Source: Clostridia bacterium (lineage in GTDB: Bacteria; Bacillota; Clostridia; Oscillospirales; Acutalibacteraceae). From it: 64,000 nt of DNA. Below, one piece after another: positions 55,212-63,128 of the stretch. Where the stretch lies: positions 2,296 to 66,295 of the forward strand of contig JAFSIB010000071.1 of the NCBI GenBank assembly GCA_017440005.1. The letters run 5' to 3'. Both the position numbers and the translations under genes were made by a program. The number at the start of each line of letters is the position of its first letter. Position 1 is the stretch's first letter. The notes under the pieces are model-generated. The model was not told the origin of the DNA. It ran no database searches and saw nothing but the letters and a program-made list of their open reading frames with translations.

Positions 55212-55238
55212 AAAAAACGCTCGGAAGTTCCAAGCGTT
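55212..55238 (-). terminator. Terminator-like hairpin in the ylxM-ffh leader (minus strand)
   Basis: AACGCTCGG (55216-55224) pairs with CCAAGCGTT (55230-55238), with one G-U pair. There is a U-tract on the minus strand. Confidence 0.55.
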
Positions 55239-55265
55239 TCCTGTAAAGGAATTTGCTTTACACAC

Positions 55266-55294
55266 ATTATAACAGAGCGGCGGGCGCTTGTCAA
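55266..55294 (-). promoter_or_regulatory. Perfect-consensus sigma-A promoter upstream of ylxM-ffh
   Basis: On the minus strand: TTGACA (55294-55289), 17 nt, TATAAT (55271-55266). Confidence 0.6.
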
Positions 55295-55312
55295 GAGCAA
55301 AAGCAAAATTTT

Positions 55313-56445
55313 TTAATACGGAATGGCGATAAATGTACGATCCACCATCGTGTTGGTGATATTACTGCCCACGCGCACCAGACAAATGTTGCGGTTGATG
55401 GGATCTACCGACAACGTTGTGAGGCAATCTTCCGCTTTGGTGCCGGGATAACGGGGGAGATCGGAATCGTAATTTTGCCAACCGTCCGAGCAGGCGGAGG
55501 CAAGCGACACGATCTTCTGATTGGGATATTGCTTCACGTGTGCAATACCGTCGCGGTGGCAGTGACCGAGCAGGTGGCACACAAAGTTGCCGGGGCCGCG
55601 CTCGGTAAAGTCGGCATCCACCGTCAGATCTTCAAAGTATTCGGCATATTGTTCGTTCACGGGATAGGTGCGTTTAAGCACGCCGCTGCGCACCCACGCG
55701 TCCACAATATCGGCAATGGGATTGGTTTCTTTGCTGTATAACAAGCCGCGGTCGCCGGGGCTGATACCGCGGTTTACCTGCGTCCAGTTGCACGGTTCCA
55801 TGACGGCATATCCCTCAAATGAATGACGGGCGACGATCACGTGATAGCCTTCCGGAATTTCGCGCAGTGTGTCGATGAACCAGGGATTTGTTCCGGTCGC
55901 ATGGCCTCAAAACCGCGGTTGACGGCGAAATCACCGTTTTCCAGACGGTCATCGGGGTTATCATAGTTATTGAGGACGATCACCGACACCCGGTATTCAT
56001 CAAAATTTTTCGCGTAATAGGGTTTTGTGAGATTTTCGATGCCGGCTTTATCCGAAACGGGAGCAAAGAACTTGTCAAACACCTGCTGAACCGTGCCGCA
56101 GATCTCCTGCTTGTCCGAGTTGCCGCCGTCGTGATTGCCGACGACCGAGAAAAACGGTTTTTCGGCACGCGCCACTTCGTTGGTATACCAGGTGCCGTCA
56201 TTTTGTGCATAATCGCCTGCCTGCATATCACCAAGGTGGATACCGGCATCAATGGCGTCCATAGCGTTTAGATAGTCAACCATGTTAGCAAGCTGCGTAA
56301 TGCTGTGATGCACATCTGCGGCGCACAGCAACGTAAACCGCGGATCTTTCGGTTTGGTGGCCGAGTAATGCCCCTGGTTGGCGGCGGCGTTGACGATGTG
56401 CTCAACGTCTTTGTTACGGGTGACAATGATCGGTTCCTGACTCAT
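55313..56445 (-). pseudogene. Calcineurin-like metallophosphoesterase interrupted by a frameshift
   Basis: The N-terminal ORF carries AADVH, GDM and GNHD. The C-terminal ORF carries VIVARH and GHCHRD. The frames join across a GGG/CCC run at 55883-55885. Confidence 0.7.
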
Positions 56446-56458
56446 GGTTGACTCCCCC

Positions 56459-56677
56459 TTAATCTAAACGGAAATCAGCTTCCGTGTAGTTTTGCAATTC
56501 CGGTTGGATGTACGGGATGCGGCGAAGCGGGTCATAACGGAATTTCCGACAGTGCGCCGAGGGCGGCATGATGCCTTTGCGCAAGCACAAGATCACCTTA
56601 CCGTCCGACGAAAACCGACCGTTGGCACAGATCTCGCAAACGGGGGTGATGTCGTTACCGTATAATTTCCGTTTCAT
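56459..56677 (-). CDS. Small Cys-containing protein, function unknown
   Basis: 72 aa with CEIC...C...C. Tightly placed between ylbJ and the phosphoesterase gene. Confidence 0.5.
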   Translation of the reverse strand: MKRKLYGNDITPVCEICANGRFSSDGKVILCLRKGIMPPSAHCRKFRYDPLRRIPYIQPELQNYTEADFRLD

Positions 56678-56697
56678 GTTGTCACATCCTTCAAAAC

Positions 56698-57789
56698 TTA
56701 CGTGCTGATATGTGTTTTATTATAGGTTACTCCGTTTCCTTTGTCAACAGAAAGCAACCAAATTCCGCACAATATGAGCGTAAAAACCGACACGGTAACA
56801 CCGCCTGAAAAGGCTTCTACCACGGGACCTCCCGCCATACCGAAAACCGGTATGGTGATGGGGATAATACGCAACAACAAAACTGTGAGTAAGGCGGTCA
56901 GTGCCCCGTGAAAAAAGCGGAACACCCAAAAACGGGGCGTAATCACACCGGTGCCTGTAAAGGCGGCGGCGATCTGACAGTGAACCGACAACCCGCCGAA
57001 TCCCACCGTGAATCCCAGTACCAGCGGTGCGGCTTCACGCAAGGCGGCGGCACGGATGCACCCGCAACTGACTTCCAACAGGCAAGAAAGCAACGCGGGA
57101 GACGAGGGAAGGCAGGCATCCAGTAACGCTAAAACGGTGGAGAATACCGTGACAAACCCGCATGTGTTCAGCAACGTCTGACACGCGGCGGATACGGATT
57201 GTGTGAACGCCTCGGCGATCGAAACGGGTGCGGGACGGCGCGTCATACTGCCGCCCCGCCGTGCTGTGTGCGGTGCACTGATCGTACCGATCAAAAAAGC
57301 CGATAACAGGTTGGCGGCAAACAGAATAAGACCGAGCGGTGTGCTGTTCATCAGACGGCTGCCGACGGTGACAAGGATAAACCCGGGACCGCCGCACACG
57401 CAAAAGCGCAGCATGCGTTCGCCCTCGTCACGGGTAAGTTGACCGGTGTGTACCAGATCGGCAACCGCCGCGCCGCCCGCAGGATAGCCGCCGAAGCAGG
57501 CGAGCAGAACGGCGGGAGCGGCACACCCGGGAAGACCAAATAAGCGGCGGGTCGGCCGCTCCAGCCGCCGCCCGATTGCGGCCGCAACACCGGAACGTGC
57601 GGTCAGTCCGCTGATGACCAAAAACGGGAACAGTGTGGGAATGATCACCGAAGCGCAAACGGACAACCCACGGCTGATCCCCGCCGCGGCAGCTGCCGGG
57701 TACATCAACAGGAAAACGGTTGCCGCCGCCAATATCAAACCGAAAAAACAAGTGCGGACTCGGTGCAGGGAAACGTGTTTTATGTACAT
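56698..57789 (-). CDS. ylbJ: Sporulation integral membrane protein YlbJ (nucleoside-recognition domain family)
   Basis: AAAAAGISRGLSVCASVIIPTLFPFLVISGL pattern. ATG 57789 follows AAGGAAGAG. The upstream 124 codons of the track ORF overlap yqfC on the other strand. Confidence 0.8.
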   Translation of the reverse strand: MYIKHVSLHRVRTCFFGLILAAATVFLLMYPAAAAAGISRGLSVCASVIIPTLFPFLVISGLTARSGVAAAIGRRLERPTRRLFGLPGCAAPAVLLACFGGYPAGGAAVADLVHTGQLTRDEGERMLRFCVCGGPGFILVTVGSRLMNSTPLGLILFAANLLSAFLIGTISAPHTARRGGSMTRRPAPVSIAEAFTQSVSAACQTLLNTCGFVTVFSTVLALLDACLPSSPALLSCLLEVSCGCIRAAALREAAPLVLGFTVGFGGLSVHCQIAAAFTGTGVITPRFWVFRFFHGALTALLTVLLLRIIPITIPVFGMAGGPVVEAFSGGVTVSVFTLILCGIWLLSVDKGNGVTYNKTHIST

Positions 57790-57877
57790 ACAGACTCTTC
57801 CTTTCGGTTTATATATATGGTGTTGGCGGTGTATTATTCGGGGCTCTGGCTCATAGATATAAACGAGAGGTGACGCT

Positions 57878-58147
57878 GTGATGAAAAAACCGACACGCAG
57901 ACAGGCAGAAGTTGCGTTATCGTTGCCGACAGGTGTTCTCACCGAGGCATCCCACATGGAATTGTGCGGGAACCGCCGCGCGATGATAGAGGGGTGCCGC
58001 GGCATTGTGAAATACGATGAGGACGTGATCGAATTGCGCGTTGACAACGGTACGGTGCGGTTTACGGGGCGCGAACTGTGCATGACCAATTTGAACCCCA
58101 CGTGTGCCGTGGTGACGGGGCGGTTACTGTCGCTGGAGTTTTTGTAA
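57878..58147 (+). CDS. yqfC: Sporulation protein YqfC (YabP/YqfC family)
   Basis: ~89 aa with LELCGNRRAMIEGCRGIVKYDEDVIEL...TGRELCM pattern. Directly upstream of yqfD. The start is GTG 57878 or ATG 57881. Confidence 0.8.
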   Translation: MMKKPTRRQAEVALSLPTGVLTEASHMELCGNRRAMIEGCRGIVKYDEDVIELRVDNGTVRFTGRELCMTNLNPTCAVVTGRLLSLEFL

Positions 58148-58162
58148 AAAGGGGGGAACACC

Positions 58163-59317
58163 GTGTACTGGGCAACGGTACAGATCGAATGTGAGGGCGG
58201 TTTCCCGGAACGGTTTTTGAACGAAGCGCGTAAACGGGAGATCGCTTTGTGGGATATTACACGGCGGGATATTTCACTGTTTTGTCGATGCCGAGCGGAT
58301 GATTACCGCTTCTTACGCCCGGTGGCAAAGGCGGCATCGGTGCGGATGCGTGTGCGCAAACGCCAAGGAATGTGGTTTCACATTCGCCCGTTTCGGTATC
58401 GGTTCGGGTGGGTTTGCGGGATGGTGTTGTTTGCGGTAGTCTTGCAATTGCTGTCTGCCCGCATCTGGACGGTGCGTGTAAACGGGAACGAGCAGGTGCC
58501 CGAGAGTGCGATCCGCGAGGTGCTACGCCCGCTCGGTGTATACGAGGGGGCGGTATTTGACAAGGTGGATCTGCCGCAGTTGCAGTTGACGGCGTTGGAA
58601 CAGTTACCGCAACTGGTGTGGCTTACCGTCAATCAAACCGGCAGTGTGGCATACGTGGAAGTGCGAGAACGGACACCATCCGAACCCATTACGTCAAACG
58701 AACCCGCCAACATTGTGGCATCGCGGGACGGGGTGATCGTTTCGATCGATTGCGAAAACGGTCAGGCGGCGGTCAAGGTGGGGGATGCCGTTACCGAGGG
58801 AAGTTTGCTGATCGGCGGTGTGGTGGACAGTAAAGTCGGACCGCTTTTAAAACATGCACAGGGTACGGTGTTGGCACGCACCGAACGCGAGCTTGCAATA
58901 TCCGTTCCGTTTGAAGAAACGGTGACGGCGGAGAAACCGTTTCCCAAGGTGCGCCCTTCGTTGTATGTGCTCGGCGTGCGGTTTCCTCTGTATACGTCGG
59001 GTGAACCGTGGCGCAACGCCACCACCACGATGCACTTGTTGCGCGCGTACGGCAAAACGTTACCGATCGGTATTGAGGTGCAAAAACGAGAAGAACAGGA
59101 AACGGTCACCGTGGTGCGCAACGAGCAAGAAACGTATGAAGAAGCCGTGGCACGGTTGGCGCTCGCCCGTTCGGAATGGGGGGATACCATACAAGTACAA
59201 GAGGAACGTATTACCGCTACCCAAACCGCAGACGGGTGGACCGTTTGCGGGCAATATACCTGCGTGGAGCCGATCGGTTTATGGCAATCCTTGCAAATGC
59301 ACGAGAAAAAGGAGTGA
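58163..59317 (+). CDS. yqfD: Sporulation protein YqfD
   Basis: 384 aa with a central TM segment, and the conserved yqfC-yqfD-phoH order seen in Bacillus and Clostridia. Confidence 0.8.
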   Translation: MYWATVQIECEGGFPERFLNEARKREIALWDITRRDISLFCRCRADDYRFLRPVAKAASVRMRVRKRQGMWFHIRPFRYRFGWVCGMVLFAVVLQLLSARIWTVRVNGNEQVPESAIREVLRPLGVYEGAVFDKVDLPQLQLTALEQLPQLVWLTVNQTGSVAYVEVRERTPSEPITSNEPANIVASRDGVIVSIDCENGQAAVKVGDAVTEGSLLIGGVVDSKVGPLLKHAQGTVLARTERELAISVPFEETVTAEKPFPKVRPSLYVLGVRFPLYTSGEPWRNATTTMHLLRAYGKTLPIGIEVQKREEQETVTVVRNEQETYEEAVARLALARSEWGDTIQVQEERITATQTADGWTVCGQYTCVEPIGLWQSLQMHEKKE

Positions 59318-59395
59318 AAATCGGTATTTTGACTAATGACATCCGCATGAATTTATGGTACAATATACAGAATAGTATCAAAGGGGGCGGCTGTC

Positions 59396-60394
59396 ATGGA
59401 ACAGATCATCAACGTTGACCGTATGGAACAAGCAGTGGCTTTGTTTGGGAATTTTGATGAGAATATCCGTTTGATCGAGCAACAGTTTGCGGTATCGGTC
59501 ATCAGCCGTGACAGTGATCTGAAGATCAGCGGTGAACCGGAAGGTGTTGCCAAAGCGATCCGCGCGATCGAGGGGTTGTTGCAACTGATTAACCGCGGTG
59601 AACAGCTGACCGAGCAAAACGTGCGGTATGTTTTGATGTTGGTGAATGAGGGAAACGATGATGAACTGCCCGCGCTGACGGGGGACAGTATTTGCATCAC
59701 GGCAAAGGGTCGCCCCATTAAACCGAAAACATTGGGTCAAAAGCGATACGTGGAAGCCATTCGCGATAACACGGTGGTGCTCGGCATCGGCCCTGCCGGT
59801 ACGGGTAAAACCTATCTGGCGGTGGCAATGGCGGTGGAGGCGTTCCGCGCCAAACAGGTCAATCGCATTATTTTGACACGGCCGGCGGTGGAAGCGGGGG
59901 AAAAACTGGGATTTCTGCCGGGGGACTTGCAGTCCAAAGTTGACCCGTACCTGCGTCCTTTGTACGATGCGTTGTTTGATATGCTGGGTACTGAAACGTA
60001 TCAAAAGTATCTGGAACGCGGCAACATTGAGATCGCACCGCTTGCATATATGCGCGGTCGGACGCTGGATGACAGTTTTGTGATTCTGGATGAAGCGCAA
60101 AACACAACACCCGAACAGATGAAGATGTTTCTGACCCGTTTGGGGTTCAATTCCAAAATGGTGGTCACCGGTGATATTACGCAGATTGACCTGCCAAGCG
60201 GTAAACAAAGCGGTCTGCGGGAAGTCATGCGGGTGCTCAAGGACGTGGAAGACGTATCCATTTGTACGTTTACGCAAAAAGACGTGGTGCGGCATCAGTT
60301 GGTGCAACGCATCATTGAAGCGTATGAGAGATATGAGAAGAACAAAGAAAGGAAGCAAAATCGTCATGCTGAAAAAACTTCGAGTCGACATTGA
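59396..60394 (+). CDS. phoH: PhoH-family ATPase
   Basis: GPAGTGKTYLAVA Walker A, ILDEAQN Walker B, VVTGDITQIDLP. Confidence 0.95.
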   Translation: MEQIINVDRMEQAVALFGNFDENIRLIEQQFAVSVISRDSDLKISGEPEGVAKAIRAIEGLLQLINRGEQLTEQNVRYVLMLVNEGNDDELPALTGDSICITAKGRPIKPKTLGQKRYVEAIRDNTVVLGIGPAGTGKTYLAVAMAVEAFRAKQVNRIILTRPAVEAGEKLGFLPGDLQSKVDPYLRPLYDALFDMLGTETYQKYLERGNIEIAPLAYMRGRTLDDSFVILDEAQNTTPEQMKMFLTRLGFNSKMVVTGDITQIDLPSGKQSGLREVMRVLKDVEDVSICTFTQKDVVRHQLVQRIIEAYERYEKNKERKQNRHAEKTSSRH

Positions 60395-60872
60395 AAATCA
60401 ACAACGTACCGTGAAGATCCCGACCGGTCTGCGCATGCTGATCCGTCGGTGCTGCCACGCGGTACTGGAACTGGAAAACTTTGACGGAAACGCGCAGGTG
60501 GACGTCACGTTGGTGGATAACGACCGCATTCATCAGGTCAATATGGAGCAACGCGGCATTGACGCCCCTACCGACGTGTTGTCCTTCCCGCTTGGTGAAA
60601 ACGGGGAATATGACGTGCATCCCGAAACCGAAGAAGTCATGCTTGGCAACATTGTGCTGTCGCTTGAACAAGCGGAAAAACAAGCGGCGGATTACGGCCA
60701 TTCGTTCAACCGCGAAGTGGGGTATCTGACGGTACATTCCATGCTTCATCTTTTGGGTTACGATCACGTGCAGGGTGGACTGGAAGCCGTGCGCATGCGT
60801 GAAAAAGAAGAAACCGTTATGAAACAGGTCGGGTTACCCCGCGGGAGCAGTTATGTGCTGGAAGATTCTTAA
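60366..60872 (+). CDS. ybeY: rRNA maturation endoribonuclease YbeY
   Basis: TDVLSFP and the HSMLHLLGYDH zinc motif. ATG 60366 overlaps the phoH end. Confidence 0.95.
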   Translation: MLKKLRVDIENQQRTVKIPTGLRMLIRRCCHAVLELENFDGNAQVDVTLVDNDRIHQVNMEQRGIDAPTDVLSFPLGENGEYDVHPETEEVMLGNIVLSLEQAEKQAADYGHSFNREVGYLTVHSMLHLLGYDHVQGGLEAVRMREKEETVMKQVGLPRGSSYVLEDS

Positions 60873-61308
60873 AGGTTTCGGGTACGCGTTTCGCGGTTTG
60901 TGGCGATGCTTGCGTGAAGAATGGCATTTTCGCTTTCACGTGACGGTGGCGGCATACGTTCTCTTGTTTTTGCCGCGCTTTTCATTAACGCGCGCCGAAG
61001 GTGCCGTGCTGGCACTCACGTTCGGCACGGTACTGGCACTGGAAATGGTTAATTCCGCGATTGAGAGGACCATTGACCGTTTTTCAACCGAATACCACCC
61101 GCTCAGCGGTGCCGCCAAAGATCTGGCGGCAGGCGCGGTACTGGTGGCGGCGATCGCTTCCTTGGCAGTGGCGGCGTGCCTGTTCTGGAAACCGGACGTG
61201 TGGTGCGCGATCTTTGCCGATTGGGGCACCCATATTTATAAACCCATCTTGCTGGCGGTATCGTTCGTCCCGGCAGTATTGTTTGTGTGGAAATGGAGAA
61301 CAACATAA
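60853..61308 (+). CDS. dgkA: Diacylglycerol/undecaprenol kinase (DgkA family)
   Basis: FRGLWRCLREEWHFRFH, EMVNSAIERTIDR. Three TM segments. Confidence 0.9.
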   Translation: MCWKILKGFGYAFRGLWRCLREEWHFRFHVTVAAYVLLFLPRFSLTRAEGAVLALTFGTVLALEMVNSAIERTIDRFSTEYHPLSGAAKDLAAGAVLVAAIASLAVAACLFWKPDVWCAIFADWGTHIYKPILLAVSFVPAVLFVWKWRTT

Positions 61309-62207
61309 TGGAAACAACCTCTGCGTTTATTGCGATCGTCGGTCGTCCGAACGTTGGCAAATCCTCTTTGCTGAATACGCTTGTCGGGGAAAAAGTTGCC
61401 ATTGTATCGGACAAGCCGCAGACGACCCGTAACCGTATCATGGGCGTGCTTACCCGCGATACGGTACAACTGGTCTTTCTGGACACCCCCGGTACGCACC
61501 GCCCCCGCACGCGGCTTGGCGATTTCATGGTGAAATCCATCGGAGAAGCCATGTCGGGCGTTGACGTGGGTGTGCTGGTGGTGGAACCCACCGCCACCGT
61601 GCGTGACAGCGAGCGAGAACTGCTACAGAAATTCCGCGCGCAAAAACTGCCGATCGTATTGGTCATCAACAAGATCGATACGGTTGAGGACAAGGCATCG
61701 TTGCTCACGTGCATTGATGCCTGGCAACAAGAGGGCGAATTCGCGGCGATCATTCCCGTTTCGGCGTTGACCGGTGAGGGAACGGACGAGTTGCTTGCCG
61801 AACTGTCTAAGTACGTTTTTGAAAGTCCGCACTTTTTCCCGGCAGATGCCGTGAGTGATCAACCGGAAAAAGTGCTGGCATCCGAACTGTTGCGCGAGCA
61901 GATGCTTCTTTCGTTGCGGGATGAGATCCCCCACGGGATCGCCGTGGTGATCGAGCGCATGGAAGAACGCGAGACCGAGCGCGGCGTGATTTTGGATATT
62001 GACGCCGAGATCTTCTGTGAGCGGGACACGCATAAGGGTATGGTGATCGGTAAAAAAGGCGCAATGCTCAAGCGTATTTCCACCGCCGCACGTGCGGAAA
62101 TGGAAGCGGCGTTTGATGCGCACGTGAACCTGCAGTGCTGGGTCAAAGTCAAGGAAGATTGGCGCAACCGCCAAGGGCTGCTGAACGGATTCGGATACCG
62201 ATTGTAA
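61308..62207 (+). CDS. era: GTPase Era
   Basis: GRPNVGKSSL (G1), DTPG (G3), NKID (G4), and a C-terminal KH domain. TAATG coupling to dgkA. Confidence 0.97.
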   Translation: METTSAFIAIVGRPNVGKSSLLNTLVGEKVAIVSDKPQTTRNRIMGVLTRDTVQLVFLDTPGTHRPRTRLGDFMVKSIGEAMSGVDVGVLVVEPTATVRDSERELLQKFRAQKLPIVLVINKIDTVEDKASLLTCIDAWQQEGEFAAIIPVSALTGEGTDELLAELSKYVFESPHFFPADAVSDQPEKVLASELLREQMLLSLRDEIPHGIAVVIERMEERETERGVILDIDAEIFCERDTHKGMVIGKKGAMLKRISTAARAEMEAAFDAHVNLQCWVKVKEDWRNRQGLLNGFGYRL

Positions 62208-62268
62208 AAATTTCCTGTATGGAACGCGTCACTTTCGTTCAAAGTAATAGTGAACGGAGGCGGTGAAC

Positions 62269-62424
62269 GTGGAACAGGAAAAATTATGGGCAACATTTCA
62301 AAAGACCGGAAAAGTGCAGGATTATCTGCGATATTGCGGAATCGATCTGCACGAAACCGGCGAAAATTCCGTGAAAAAGGAGAAACCGCATGAAACTGAC
62401 GACCGACGCGTTGATCATACGTGA
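62269..62424 (+). CDS. YqzL-like small protein (candidate, 51 aa)
   Basis: GTG 62269 sits 8 nt after GGAGG. LWATFQKTGKVQDYLRY resembles the W..F..TG....YL core of YqzL. Occupies the era-recO position as in B. subtilis. Below the track length cutoff. Confidence 0.45.
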   Translation: MEQEKLWATFQKTGKVQDYLRYCGIDLHETGENSVKKEKPHETDDRRVDHT

Positions 62425-63121
62425 AACGAATACGGTTGGCGAGTCGGACCGTTTTGTGACGGCGCTGACGCGTGATTGCGGTGTGATCCGCGCTTCGGTG
62501 CGCGGTGCCAGACAACTGAAAAACCGCAACGGCAGTGCTACGCAGTTGCTTTGCTACTCCCGTCTGTCTTTGTACAAAGGGCGGGAGAAATACATAGTGG
62601 ATGATGCGGAACCGTTACAGGTGTTTTTTGAGGTGCGCGGTCAGTTGGAAAAACTGGCGCTCGCCCAATATTTTTGTGAATTGGCGGGTGTGTTGGCGCC
62701 CGTGGAAGAACCCGCAGAGGAAGAACTGCGGTTGTTACTCAATGCTTTGCATTATCTGGCGGAGGATTCCCGTCCGATGCCGCTCATTAAAGCGATCACC
62801 GAACTGCGGCTTCTCTGCCGCGCGGGATACATGCCCGCCGTTGTGAACTGTGCCGCGTGTGATACGCAGGTTTGTGTGCGGTTTTCGCCGCTGCGCGGGG
62901 AAGTATACTGTGAGGAGCACGGCGCGCCTGATGCCGTACCCCTGACTGCGGGTGCTTTGCAGGCGATGCGGCATATTGTGTATGCACCGTTTGAAAAATG
63001 TTTTGCTTTTTCGTTGCCGCAAACCGATACGGAAGTGCTTTGCACGGCAGTGGAACGGTTCTTGCTTGCGCAACTCAACCGCGGTTTTCATACATTGGAT
63101 TTTTACCACAGTTTAAGGTGA
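62390..63121 (+). CDS. recO: DNA repair protein RecO
   Basis: OB-fold N-terminus (ALIIRETNTVGESDRFVTALT), a zinc-finger-like CAACD...C..H region, and the position after era. Confidence 0.9.
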   Translation: MKLTTDALIIRETNTVGESDRFVTALTRDCGVIRASVRGARQLKNRNGSATQLLCYSRLSLYKGREKYIVDDAEPLQVFFEVRGQLEKLALAQYFCELAGVLAPVEEPAEEELRLLLNALHYLAEDSRPMPLIKAITELRLLCRAGYMPAVVNCAACDTQVCVRFSPLRGEVYCEEHGAPDAVPLTAGALQAMRHIVYAPFEKCFAFSLPQTDTEVLCTAVERFLLAQLNRGFHTLDFYHSLR

Positions 63122-63128
63122 CATAGAG

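Noticed and set aside
57790-58161. 124-codon upstream extension of the ylbJ ORF
   Set aside because: It overlaps yqfC on the opposite strand and has no membrane or YlbJ-like sequence. ATG 57789 has an RBS and begins the hydrophobic YlbJ core.
59378-60391. 337-aa minus-strand ORF
   Set aside because: It is antisense to phoH (GPAGTGKTYLAVA on the plus strand), with low-complexity R/H/Q-rich composition.
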